Positions 54,858 to 64,000 of a stretch of DNA of 64,000 nucleotides are shown piece by piece. The notes beneath the pieces are model-generated. The model was not told the DNA's origin. It worked only from the letters and a program-made list of their open reading frames with translations, and ran no database searches. Numbering within the stretch: position 1 is the first letter of the stretch; each line of letters opens with the position of its first letter. The translations under genes were made by a program, and so were the position numbers. This DNA comes from an uncultured Pelagibacteraceae bacterium (GTDB lineage Bacteria > Pseudomonadota > Alphaproteobacteria > Pelagibacterales > Pelagibacteraceae), in assembly GCA_902536765.1 (NCBI GenBank), contig CACAYM010000005.1, positions 14,725 through 78,724 of the forward strand, in the 5' to 3' direction.

Positions 54858-55942
54858 TGTTATATTTATTAATATTAGAATTAATTGAGAGCTACTCATT
54901 TTTAAATGTATTTAAGTATTTAACAGTAAGAACTGGACTAGCTGTTTTTACATCTTTATTCGTCGTATTCTTAATTGGAAATCCTTTTATTAAATATTTT
55001 TCATCAAGACAAATTTTAGATCCTATAAGAGAGGATGGGCCAGACGAACATATTGTTAAAAAAATAGGTACACCAACCATGGGTGGCGTGCTTATACTAA
55101 TTGGATTATTTTCTGGTATACTGCTTTGGGGAGATCTTAAAAATACATATATATGGTTTCTAATTTATGTAGTAGGAAGCTATGGTTTATTGGGTGCTTT
55201 TGATGATTATAAAAAAGTAAAATATAAAAATTCCTCAGGTATATCTTTTAAATTTAAATTAACCAGTCAAATTATTATAGCTTTAATCGGAGTAGTAGCT
55301 TTAACGTATTTTTCAGAAAACCAAGATTTAAAAAACTTATATTTTCCTTTTTTTAAAAATTTAATAATTAATTTGGGTTGGTTTTTTATTCCCTTTGGAA
55401 TATTTATTATAGTTGGTTCATCAAATGCTGTTAATTTAACAGATGGGTTGGATGGTTTAGCAACAGTTCCAGTAATATTAGTTTCCGGTTGTTTTGCATT
55501 TATTAGTTATGTAACTGGAAATATTGTTTTTTCTGAATACTTACAAATTCCGTATATAAAAGGTGTGGGCGAAGTAACCGTTTTCCTCGGTGCTATAATT
55601 GGATCTTGTTTAGGATTTTTATGGTTTAATGCCCCACCAGCTAAAATATTTATGGGAGATACTGGATCGTTATCTTTAGGGGGGTCGTTAGGAGCGATAG
55701 GAATTATTACAAAGCATGAAATAGTTCTAGCTATCACAGGTGGTCTATTTGTTTTGGAAGCAATCTCAGTAATTGTGCAGGTTATTTCATTTAAGGTTAC
55801 AGGAAAAAGAATTTTTAAGATGGCTCCTATTCACCATCATTACGAAAAGAAAGGATGGCCTGAGTCAACCGTTGTAATAAGATTTTGGATAGTTGCAATT
55901 ATTTTAGCAATGATTGGTTTGGCAACATTAAAATTTAGATAA
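54857..55942 (+). CDS. mraY: Phospho-N-acetylmuramoyl-pentapeptide transferase
   Basis: TPTMGG, DDY.K, NAVNLTDGLDGLA, FMGDTGS, APIHHHYE. Confidence 0.98.
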   Translation: MLYLLILELIESYSFLNVFKYLTVRTGLAVFTSLFVVFLIGNPFIKYFSSRQILDPIREDGPDEHIVKKIGTPTMGGVLILIGLFSGILLWGDLKNTYIWFLIYVVGSYGLLGAFDDYKKVKYKNSSGISFKFKLTSQIIIALIGVVALTYFSENQDLKNLYFPFFKNLIINLGWFFIPFGIFIIVGSSNAVNLTDGLDGLATVPVILVSGCFAFISYVTGNIVFSEYLQIPYIKGVGEVTVFLGAIIGSCLGFLWFNAPPAKIFMGDTGSLSLGGSLGAIGIITKHEIVLAITGGLFVLEAISVIVQVISFKVTGKRIFKMAPIHHHYEKKGWPESTVVIRFWIVAIILAMIGLATLKFR

Positions 55943-57252
55943 TGAAATTAGAAAAAGACTTATATTTTAATAAAAAAATACTAATATATGGTCTTGGAAT
56001 TTCAGGCACATCTAGCTTTAATTATTTAAAAAAAAATAACAATATTAGTTGTTTTGATGACGACCTTAGAAATTTAAAGAATAAAGTTTTTAAAAATTAT
56101 ATTATTTCAAAAAAAAAAATCGATAAAACTAAATTTGATCACATAATTATTAGTCCAGGCATCAATAGTTTAAAGTGTTCGTTAAAAAAATATTTAAGAA
56201 GAAATAAATCAAAAATTTGTACTGACTTAGATGTTTTTTATGCCAAACATTCAGAGAATTTTATTATAGCAATCACAGGGACAAATGGTAAATCAACAAC
56301 AGCTAAATTATTGTATGATATTTTGAAAAAAAATAAATCTGATGCAAGATTAGTTGGAAATATAGGAAATGCAATTCTTAAAGAAAGCAAAATATCTCAT
56401 AAAACTATTTTTGTTGTTGAAATTTCATCATATCAAATTTCATATAGTAAAATCTTCAAACCAAATTACGGTATTTTATTAAATATTTCCCCTGATCATT
56501 TGGAAAGACATAAAACAATAAATAATTATATAAAAACAAAGTTTAAATTAATATTTTCTCTCAAAAATAACGACTATGGATTTATAAATAAAAAAGACTT
56601 AATTCAAAAACAGTTTATAAAAGGTAAAAAATTTAATTGTAAAATTATATATGTAGAAAATAAATTATCAAAAAATGATAATAACCTTTTAAAAAATACC
56701 TATTTTAAAAGTTTAAATAATCAGCAAAATTTGTCTTTTGTTATAAAAGTGTGCTTAAAACTTCGCATAAAAAAAAATATTATTTTTAAAGTTGTTAATG
56801 ATTTTAAAGCATTAAATTTTAGGCAACAAATGATTTATAATTCAAAAAGATTAAGAATTATTAATGACTCTAAATCAACAAGCTTTTCATCTTCAATTAA
56901 TTTATTGAATAATTTTGATAGTATTTTTTGGATATTAGGAGGTTTACCCAAAAAAGGAGACAAACTTCAATTAAAGAATAAAAACAATATATCTAAAGTT
57001 TACATATATGGTCGATATAGTTCATTTTTTACAAAACATTTTAAAAATAAATTAAAATATTCAAAATTTCTTAAACTAGATCAAGTTATTAAACAAATTT
57101 CTCTTGATATTAAAAAGGAAGAAAAAAATAAAAAAATAAACCTAATATTTAGCCCATGTGCAGCTTCATTCGATAATTTTAAAAACTTTGAGGAAAGAGG
57201 TAAATATTTTAATTATTTAATAAGCCATTATAAAATTAAAAATGTTAGATAA
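55942..57252 (+). CDS. murD: UDP-N-acetylmuramoyl-L-alanine--D-glutamate ligase
   Basis: GLGISG, SPGI, GTNGKST, PDHLERH, NDSKST, SPCAASFDNF..FEERG. Confidence 0.94.
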   Translation: MKLEKDLYFNKKILIYGLGISGTSSFNYLKKNNNISCFDDDLRNLKNKVFKNYIISKKKIDKTKFDHIIISPGINSLKCSLKKYLRRNKSKICTDLDVFYAKHSENFIIAITGTNGKSTTAKLLYDILKKNKSDARLVGNIGNAILKESKISHKTIFVVEISSYQISYSKIFKPNYGILLNISPDHLERHKTINNYIKTKFKLIFSLKNNDYGFINKKDLIQKQFIKGKKFNCKIIYVENKLSKNDNNLLKNTYFKSLNNQQNLSFVIKVCLKLRIKKNIIFKVVNDFKALNFRQQMIYNSKRLRIINDSKSTSFSSSINLLNNFDSIFWILGGLPKKGDKLQLKNKNNISKVYIYGRYSSFFTKHFKNKLKYSKFLKLDQVIKQISLDIKKEEKNKKINLIFSPCAASFDNFKNFEERGKYFNYLISHYKIKNVR

Positions 57253-58363
57253 TAAATTTTTAAACAATCTTTATTTTAATTGGTGGAGAAATTTGGATAA
57301 AACTATTCTAACAATTTTTTTGTTACTTTTTACTTTGGGATTGTTGTTTTCTTTATTATCCACTTCACTTGTGGCATCAGATAGATTAAATACCAATAAT
57401 TATTTTTTTTTTCTTAAGCACTGTATATTTATTTCAATCGGAATATTCACAATGTTTTTTTTTTCAATTTTAGAAAAAAATAAATTATTTTTATTATCAT
57501 ACCTTTTTTTTTTAATTTTCTTAATTTCCTTGACTTTAGTTCCTTTCATTGGAACTGAGGTAAAAGGATCTAAAAGGTGGCTTGATATTTTTTTTCTACC
57601 TAGATTTCAACCTATTGAAATTTTAAAACCTTTTATAATAGTGGTAATTGCTACATCTTTAAGTTTTGAAAATAAAAATTATCAATTTTTTAAATATTTT
57701 GTTAGTTTTTTATTAATTTTACCAATTATTATTCTGTTAGTTTCTCAACCAGACATGGGCCAAACAGTTTTAATTTTCCTTACTTGGCTTTCATTAATAT
57801 TTATTTCTGGAATAAATCTTTATTTATTCTTTATTTTTTTTATCTTTATTTTGTTTTCTGTATTATCCCTAGTTATTTTTGTACCAAAGTTCGAATATAT
57901 TTTAATAAGAATTACTACTTTTTTAAATCCTTCATCAGGTAATAATTATCAGTCAGAGAAAGCATCAGAGGCTATTATTAGCGGAGGTTTCTTCGGTAAA
58001 GGAATTGGAGAAGGAGTGTTAAAAAATAATGTCCCGGAAGCCCATACTGATTATATAGTTTCAGTAATTTCGGAAGAATTTGGAGCGATTATGATATTTT
58101 TTATATTATTAATATTTTTGATATTTTTATATAAAACTTTTAAAAACATCTCGTATCTTAAAAATGACAAGATTAAATTTATAATTTTTGGATGCAGTAT
58201 AATAATTTTTTTCCAGTTTTTAGTTCATTTGGGAGTGAATATTAGAATATTACCCACAACAGGAATGACACTTCCATTTTTAAGTTATGGTGGATCATCA
58301 ATTGTAGGAAGCTCAATTCTTGCTGGAATTATATTAAATCTTACAAAAAAAAATATCTCTTGA
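57242..58363 (+). CDS. ftsW: Peptidoglycan glycosyltransferase FtsW
   Basis: GSKRW, QP.E, QPDMG, PEAHTDY, LPFLSYGGSS. Confidence 0.95.
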   Translation: MLDNKFLNNLYFNWWRNLDKTILTIFLLLFTLGLLFSLLSTSLVASDRLNTNNYFFFLKHCIFISIGIFTMFFFSILEKNKLFLLSYLFFLIFLISLTLVPFIGTEVKGSKRWLDIFFLPRFQPIEILKPFIIVVIATSLSFENKNYQFFKYFVSFLLILPIIILLVSQPDMGQTVLIFLTWLSLIFISGINLYLFFIFFIFILFSVLSLVIFVPKFEYILIRITTFLNPSSGNNYQSEKASEAIISGGFFGKGIGEGVLKNNVPEAHTDYIVSVISEEFGAIMIFFILLIFLIFLYKTFKNISYLKNDKIKFIIFGCSIIIFFQFLVHLGVNIRILPTTGMTLPFLSYGGSSIVGSSILAGIILNLTKKNIS

Positions 58364-59433
58364 AAAAAAAAATTTTAATTAGTACAGGTGGTTCAGGTGG
58401 TCATGTTATTCCTGCATTAAATTTTTATGAACATTTAAAAGAAAATAATGAAGTTTTTTTAACTAGTGATTTAAGAGGACTAAAATTTATTGATACAAAA
58501 ATATATAACAACAAAATAATAGATGTTCCTGACCTAAAAAAAAATATATTTAAAATTCCTTGGAATTTATTATTTTTTTTAATTTCCATATTTAAATCTT
58601 TTATTTATTTAAAAAAAAATAAGATTGATAAAATTATTTCTACAGGTGGTTATATGACATTTCCAATTTGTATAGCTTCTATATTTACAAGATCAAAATT
58701 ATTTTTATATGAACCTAATATGGTACTAGGTCGATCAAATTTATTTTTTTTGAAACAATGTAAAAAAATTTTTTGTTATTCAAATTGTATAAGAAAATTT
58801 CCCTCAAAATATATCGATAAAATAGAGATTATTAATCCAGTTTTAAATAAAAAAAGTTACCTTTTGAAAAATGAACAAAAAAAACCATCGGTCCAGAAAG
58901 TTTTTCTAATTATCGGCGGTAGTCAGGGAGCAAAATTTTTTCAAACAGAATTTAAAAATACACTGGACGAATTATCTCAAAGGTTCAATTTATTTGTATA
59001 TCACCAAACCAGTAGAGAAAATTTTAAAGATCTCGAATTTTTTTATAAACAGAATAATATTGCATTTCAACTTTTTGAATTTGAACGTTATTTAGAAAGC
59101 ATTTTATTAAAAACTGACTTCTGTATCACTCGTGCAGGGGCATCAACTTTAGCTGAATTAGTATTTTTTGAGGTACCATTTTTAGCTATTCCATTCCCAT
59201 ATTCAAAAGATGAACATCAATTATTTAATGCAAGGTATTATAAAGAAAATAATTGTTGTTGGATGCTTGAACAAAAAGAGATGTCACAAAAAAATCTTTT
59301 TGAAATAATTTCAAATATATTAGTTGATAAAAAAAATTTACAGCTTAAAAAAAAAGCTATGAAAGAAATTAGCTCAAAAAATATATGGGAGAATAATAAT
59401 AAAATAATAATAAAAATAATAAATGAAAATTAA
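58360..59433 (+). CDS. murG: Lipid II GlcNAc transferase
   Basis: GGSGGHV, GGY, GGSQGA, RAGASTLAE, Q..NA. Confidence 0.95.
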   Translation: MKKKILISTGGSGGHVIPALNFYEHLKENNEVFLTSDLRGLKFIDTKIYNNKIIDVPDLKKNIFKIPWNLLFFLISIFKSFIYLKKNKIDKIISTGGYMTFPICIASIFTRSKLFLYEPNMVLGRSNLFFLKQCKKIFCYSNCIRKFPSKYIDKIEIINPVLNKKSYLLKNEQKKPSVQKVFLIIGGSQGAKFFQTEFKNTLDELSQRFNLFVYHQTSRENFKDLEFFYKQNNIAFQLFEFERYLESILLKTDFCITRAGASTLAELVFFEVPFLAIPFPYSKDEHQLFNARYYKENNCCWMLEQKEMSQKNLFEIISNILVDKKNLQLKKKAMKEISSKNIWENNNKIIIKIINEN

Positions 59434-60817
59434 ATTAGCTAAATCTGAAGTTATACATTTTGTAGGCATAGGGGGTATAGGTATGAGTGGATTAGCTTTG
59501 GTCATGAGAAGAATGGGATTTAAAGTTCAAGGAAGTGATATAAATTCTAATAAAAATATAGAAAGATTAAAAAAAAATGGGATCAAAGTTTTTATAGGAC
59601 ACAAAAAAAAAAATATATATAGCTCTACGATACTTGTTATTTCATCAGCTGTTAAAAAAAATAATATTGAATTTATTTCTGCTCAAAAAAAAAACTTGCC
59701 AATATATAAAAGAGGAGACATGCTTGGGCATATTACTTCACTTACTAAAAATATCGTAGTAGTTGGATCACATGGAAAGACAACAACAACCTCTCTTGTT
59801 GCAAGTATTTTATCAAGTACCAACCTAGATCCTACAATAATAAATGGAGGTGTTTTGAAATCCTTCAACAATTCTGCAAGGCTTGGTAAAAGTAACTGGA
59901 GTATTGTAGAGCTGGACGAGTCTGACGGAAGCTTTTTAAAAGTACAGCCGACTTATTCAATAATCACAAATATTGATAGGGAGCATATGGATTACTATAA
60001 ATCGATGGATAAATTATTAAGTCTTTTTGGAGAATATATTGACAGAGTTCCTTCTTTTGGAAAGTCATTTATTTGTATTGATGATAAAAATAATTCAAAA
60101 CTAATAAAATCACTTAAAATTAAAAATTATAACTCTTATGGAATTCATAAAAGTTCAAATTTCCGTATAAGCAGACCTATTCAAACAAGAAAATGGTCTA
60201 CATTTGATTTAATAATCGATCTACCTGGAAAAAAAACTTTCTCAATTAATAATATTAAAGTACCTCTTATTGGCTTACACAATATAAGAAATGCTACCGC
60301 ATCTGTAGCAGTAGCGGTTAGTTTGGGTATACCAATTAATAAGATAAAAGATGGACTAAAAACTTTTAAAGGTGTTCAAAGGAGATTTAATAAAATTTTT
60401 GATTATAAAGGTGTAAGCTTTTTTGATGATTATGCACATCACCCAACTGAAATAAGAGAAGTTTTGAGTGGAGTTAAAACTGCTTACTCCTCCGAAAAAA
60501 TTGTTTGTATATTTCAACCTCATAGAATTTCAAGATTAAATGATCTTAAATCAGAATTTGCCAAATGCTTTAATCAGGCTGATGAAGTTATATTATGTCC
60601 AATTTTTACAGCTGGAGAAAATATAAAATTAAAATTTGATTACGAAAGTTTTGCAAAAGAAATATCGCATCAATCAAAGGTACAAATATACTTGGTGCAA
60701 GACAAAAATAATTTAGCTAAATTTATAAAACAAAATATTTATGGTAACAAAATCGTAATTGGAATGGGAGCAGGATCAATATCAAATTGGCTAAAAGAAT
60801 TACCTGAAGTTATCTAA
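59423..60817 (+). CDS. murC: UDP-N-acetylmuramate--L-alanine ligase
   Basis: HFVGIGGIGMSG, GSHGKTTT, DESDGSF, DDYAHHPTE, FQPHR, GAGSI. Confidence 0.97.
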   Translation: MKIKLAKSEVIHFVGIGGIGMSGLALVMRRMGFKVQGSDINSNKNIERLKKNGIKVFIGHKKKNIYSSTILVISSAVKKNNIEFISAQKKNLPIYKRGDMLGHITSLTKNIVVVGSHGKTTTTSLVASILSSTNLDPTIINGGVLKSFNNSARLGKSNWSIVELDESDGSFLKVQPTYSIITNIDREHMDYYKSMDKLLSLFGEYIDRVPSFGKSFICIDDKNNSKLIKSLKIKNYNSYGIHKSSNFRISRPIQTRKWSTFDLIIDLPGKKTFSINNIKVPLIGLHNIRNATASVAVAVSLGIPINKIKDGLKTFKGVQRRFNKIFDYKGVSFFDDYAHHPTEIREVLSGVKTAYSSEKIVCIFQPHRISRLNDLKSEFAKCFNQADEVILCPIFTAGENIKLKFDYESFAKEISHQSKVQIYLVQDKNNLAKFIKQNIYGNKIVIGMGAGSISNWLKELPEVI

Positions 60818-60818
60818 T

Positions 60819-60895
<77 letters not shown>

Positions 60896-60898
60896 TTA

Positions 60899-61093
60899 TT
60901 AAAATCTATTTTTGAGTTTATTAAATTTTTTTACTCTTTTAATATTTTCTTGTAAAATTCTCTTCTTTTTCTCTGAAGGTTTCTCGTAAGTATCTTTTAA
61001 TTTGACGATTTTAAAAAAACCGTCTCTTTGAAGCTTTCTTTTTAAAACTCTTAAAGCTTGTTCAACATTATTATCTTTAACTTCTATTTTAAT
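60899..61093 (-). CDS. rpsU: 30S ribosomal protein bS21 (start probably ATT at 61093; in-frame TTG at 61105)
   Basis: NNVEQALRVLKRKLQRDG..YEKPSEK; GGAGGT at 61103-61098 directly precedes the ATT. Confidence 0.9.
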   Translation of the reverse strand: MKIEVKDNNVEQALRVLKRKLQRDGFFKIVKLKDTYEKPSEKKKRILQENIKRVKKFNKLKNRF

Positions 61094-61147
61094 AAATACC
61101 TCCAAAAAAATGCTTTAATAGCATTTTAATTTTTTTTTGTCTACACA

Positions 61148-61729
61148 TTATGATCCTTGCGAAGCTGAGAGTTTTGCCTTTTCTTTTTCTTTTTTTTCTC
61201 TTTTAATTCTTCTTTCAGCCTTTTCTAAAGCTAAAACTAAATCTTTTTGGGAAAATAAATTCATTGCTACAGGATCTTTTGAGTTTAAATTATTATAATT
61301 CCAGTAACTCTTATTTCTTATCGATGTGACTGAGTTTTTTGTTACCCCTACTAACTTTGCAATTTGCGAATCTTTTAGTTGCGGGTGGTGCTTAATCAAC
61401 CATAGTGCAGAGTCTGGCTTATCTTGTCTTTTCGATAAAGGAACATATTTTTTTATTTTTTTGTCTTCTGATGCAATTTCAATATCTGTTCCTTTTATTT
61501 GTAGGTCTCTACTTTCATCTTTTGAGGATAAATCAATTTCTTCTCTTGTTAATTGACCGGAAATTATCGGATTATATGGTTTAATTCCTTTTGCAACTTC
61601 ACCATCTGCAATTCCTTGAACTTCAACTTCATGCAAATTACAAAAATTTGCAATTTGCTTAAAAGTAAGTGTAGTGTTTTCCACCAACCAAACAGCTGTT
61701 GCTATTGGCATTAAAAGTCCATTTGTCAT
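61148..61729 (-). CDS. trcR: DUF1013 family protein, TrcR (RNAP-associated cell-cycle regulator in Caulobacter)
   Basis: MP.ATAVWLVENT.LTF.QIA.FC..HEVEVQGIADG, RQDKPD, HWNY-like YWNY..L..KDPV. Confidence 0.85.
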   Translation of the reverse strand: MTNGLLMPIATAVWLVENTTLTFKQIANFCNLHEVEVQGIADGEVAKGIKPYNPIISGQLTREEIDLSSKDESRDLQIKGTDIEIASEDKKIKKYVPLSKRQDKPDSALWLIKHHPQLKDSQIAKLVGVTKNSVTSIRNKSYWNYNNLNSKDPVAMNLFSQKDLVLALEKAERRIKREKKEKEKAKLSASQGS

Positions 61730-61959
61730 TATTTTTTATTATCTGATCTAAAATTTTGAAATTTTTTATTAAATTTACTCACCCGCCCTTTATCTAAAAG
61801 CTTCTGTTTACCACCTGTCCATGCTGCATGAGATTTAGGATCAATTTCTAACTTTAGAACTTCACCTTCTTTTCCCCAAGTTGATCTAGTTTCAAATTGT
61901 GTTCCATCAGTCATTTCAACTTTTATTTTGTGGTAGTTTGGATGAATGTCTTTTTTCAT
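61729..61959 (-). CDS. rpmE: 50S ribosomal protein bL31 (Cys-free type)
   Basis: [26 protein letters not shown]. Confidence 0.96.
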   Translation of the reverse strand: MKKDIHPNYHKIKVEMTDGTQFETRSTWGKEGEVLKLEIDPKSHAAWTGGKQKLLDKGRVSKFNKKFQNFRSDNKK

Positions 61960-61994
61960 AACGAGACTTATAGCAAATGAAAATGATAAAACAA

Positions 61995-62735
61995 TTAAAA
62001 CTTATTCAGTTTTTCAAGGATTTTTTCGCTTATGCTTGAGCTAGCAGCTCTAATGTCTAAATTTTCTTTTTTTGATAATTCAATTGTATTTAAGACTCCT
62101 CCTGCTTCTTTAACTAAGACGATACCTGCAGCAATATCCCACAAATTTAAATTCTCTTGAAAATATCCGTCAAATCTTCCGGCTGCAACATATGCCATAT
62201 CTAATGCAGCACACCCCGTCCTTCTTGTTGGAACATCAATATTTTTATATCTGAGCCCATTTGTTGCAAATAAACATTCATTTATACTTTTTTTTTTTGA
62301 GACTCTTATTCTTTTATTATTAAGAAATGATCCATTATCTTTTTCAGCGTAAAACATTTCATTTTTAATAGGATCAAAAATTAAACCACAAGTAATCTCA
62401 TCATAAGATTGAAGTGCAATTGAAATTGCAAAATGAGGTATTCCATGTAAAAAATTAGAGGTCCCATCTATCGGATCTATTATCCAAATATTTTTTTCAT
62501 CTTTGTTTTTAACAAAACCAGTTTCCTCGCTTAAAATTGAGTAGTTTTTTTTTAACTTTGATAATTCTTCAATTATAATCCTTTCTGCATTTATATCTGC
62601 GTTACTTACAAAATCCGTAGGACCTTTTACTGAAACTTGTAAATTTTCAACTTCACCGAAATCTCTTATTAATCTTTTGGAAGCTTTTTCTCCAGCTTTA
62701 ATCATTAAATTTAAGTTAGATGATAAAATATTCAT
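61995..62735 (-). CDS. suhB: Inositol monophosphatase family protein SuhB
   Basis: [40 protein letters not shown]. Confidence 0.93.
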   Translation of the reverse strand: MNILSSNLNLMIKAGEKASKRLIRDFGEVENLQVSVKGPTDFVSNADINAERIIIEELSKLKKNYSILSEETGFVKNKDEKNIWIIDPIDGTSNFLHGIPHFAISIALQSYDEITCGLIFDPIKNEMFYAEKDNGSFLNNKRIRVSKKKSINECLFATNGLRYKNIDVPTRRTGCAALDMAYVAAGRFDGYFQENLNLWDIAAGIVLVKEAGGVLNTIELSKKENLDIRAASSSISEKILEKLNKF

Positions 62736-62739
62736 AGAA

Positions 62740-63300
62740 TTATACTTTTTTTACATATTCAATATTTCTTGTATCAACTATAATTTCATCTCCATTTTCA
62801 ATAAAAGGAGGTACTTGTATTTTTATACCGTTACTTAATGTTGCTGGTTTATAAGATGAAGATACTGTTTGACCTTTTAACGCTACATCGGTTGTTTCAA
62901 TTTTGCAGATTATTTGATTTGGTAGTTCAACTGAGATTGGTTTATCATTATAAATGCTTATCATAACTTCTAAATTTTCAGTTAGCATTTTTCCTTTTTC
63001 TCCAATTATATCTTTTTGAATCTCTATTTGTTCAAATGTTTTAGGATCTATAAAATAATATTTACTTTCATCGTTATATGAATAATTAAATTTTACTTCA
63101 TCCACTGTCGCTTTTTCTAAGTATTCACTGGATCTAAATCTCTCATTTAATTTTGTATTTTTGTTCAAACTTTTCATCTCAACTTGTGCAAATGCTCCAC
63201 CTTTACCAGGTTTAACATGTTGTGTTTTTAACACTTCCCACAAATCATTTTTATACTCTAGCAACATACCAACTCTAATTTCATTAGCTGAGATTTTCAT
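62740..63300 (-). CDS. efp: Translation elongation factor P
   Basis: HVKPGKGGAF, SSYKPA, VPPFI..GD.I.VDTR. Confidence 0.98.
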   Translation of the reverse strand: MKISANEIRVGMLLEYKNDLWEVLKTQHVKPGKGGAFAQVEMKSLNKNTKLNERFRSSEYLEKATVDEVKFNYSYNDESKYYFIDPKTFEQIEIQKDIIGEKGKMLTENLEVMISIYNDKPISVELPNQIICKIETTDVALKGQTVSSSYKPATLSNGIKIQVPPFIENGDEIIVDTRNIEYVKKV

Positions 63301-63923
63301 TTTAATTTTTCAATTGCTTCATGTGGTTTATATTTTTTATTATTCCAAATGTAGCCTGAAATAGCTAAAAAGTTTGCATTATTCAATAACAGTTTTTTAT
63401 AATTTTTATTATTAATTCCACCTATTGTTACAACAGGTATTTTAGTCATTTTTTTTACGTATTTTAGAAGATTAATATCCGCTCTATACTTAATTTTTTT
63501 TGTCCTACTCCTAAAAAAAGCACCAATTGCTATATATGTTGGTTTTGAATTTATTACTTTTTTAATTAGTTTTTTCGAATTATGGCACGTTACTCCTAAA
63601 ATTTTATTATTAATAATTTTTTTAGCTTTATATAATTTCATATCTTTTTGGCCTAAATGGCATCCATCTGCATTTAACTTTTTTGCGATAAATGGATTGT
63701 CATTTATGATAAGTTTAGTTTTATATTTTTTACAAATTGAACCTACTTTTTTTCCTATTTGTATAATTTGTTTTTCTTTATGTTTTTTTAATCTTAGCTG
63801 AAAAAAATAAATTTTTTTCGATTTTAGTATTTTTTCAAGTTCAATATAAAATGAATTTTGATTATAAATTTTGTTTGGAGAAATTAAGTAAATAAATCTC
63901 TTTGTATTAATGTTTATTTTCAA
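63297..63923 (-). CDS. thiE: Thiamine-phosphate synthase family protein
   Basis: QLRLK, IINDN, ADGCHLGQKD, TCH, IGAFF.S.TK, IGGIN. Confidence 0.85.
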   Translation of the reverse strand: MKININTKRFIYLISPNKIYNQNSFYIELEKILKSKKIYFFQLRLKKHKEKQIIQIGKKVGSICKKYKTKLIINDNPFIAKKLNADGCHLGQKDMKLYKAKKIINNKILGVTCHNSKKLIKKVINSKPTYIAIGAFFRSRTKKIKYRADINLLKYVKKMTKIPVVTIGGINNKNYKKLLLNNANFLAISGYIWNNKKYKPHEAIEKLK

Positions 63924-64000
63924 TTTCTTCAGTCCATTTTCCTTGAGCAGCTAAAGAGCACATTTTTGCTCTGTGATTAAATATATTCTGTGTACCAGAA
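63907..64000 (-). CDS. C-terminus of a class I fructose-bisphosphate aldolase (truncated by window edge)
   Basis: Minus frame SGTQNIFNHRAKMCSLAAQGKWTEEIENKH*, resembling the class I aldolase ending HRA..N.LA..G; fba-thiE-efp order is common in alphaproteobacteria. Confidence 0.65.
   Translation of the reverse strand, partial: SGTQNIFNHRAKMCSLAAQGKWTEEIENKH

Noticed and set aside
55942-59433. Very AT-rich, K/N/I/F-rich murD-ftsW-murG as possible foreign DNA or decaying genes
   Set aside because: The frames are intact, catalytic motifs are present and gene order is canonical; this fits mutational AT bias in weakly expressed genes.
63297-63923. TPP riboswitch for thiE
   Set aside because: thiE overlaps the upstream CDS, leaving no leader space, and no THI-box sequence is visible.

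Overview
AT-rich, extremely compact housekeeping segment, most consistent with a streamlined alphaproteobacterium of the SAR11/Pelagibacterales type (inferred from gene content, near-zero intergenic spacing and protein style, not from a marker-gene search). It holds about 60 apparently intact CDSs, 3 tRNAs (Gln-UUG, probable Ile2-CAU, fMet-CAU) and RNase P RNA. Blocks in order: mutY / monooxygenase / ccrM / rnhB / udg; TPR-ispE-tRNA-Gln-cca; hemF-greA; petABC; lgt..prs-rplY-pth-ychF; marR-ompR-envZ / ilvE; uvrB-SDR-hydrolase-folB-uvrC-pgsA; aspC; trxB; ELM1-2OG oxygenase; carAB; yqeY-dnaG-rpoD; a two-gene surface-glycan islet before tRNA-Ile2; mlaAC; amidase-rnpB; a rearranged dcw cluster; and fba-thiE-efp-suhB-rpmE-trcR-rpsU-tRNA-fMet. 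I found no mobile element, CRISPR array, prophage or clear pseudogene. The best leads are (1) ftsZ moved to the front of the dcw operon behind mraZ, with an unknown 62-codon ORF coupled between them, plus a MurE-MurF fusion; (2) a symmetric double-GANTC element inside the ccrM promoter; (3) tRNAs butted against CDSs, including cca starting 3 nt after a tRNA CCA end; (4) a probable AUU start for rpsU; (5) apparently leaderless and bidirectional promoters; and (6) loss of metal ligands in UDG and DnaG. All functional calls come from motif recognition by eye; no database search was run.
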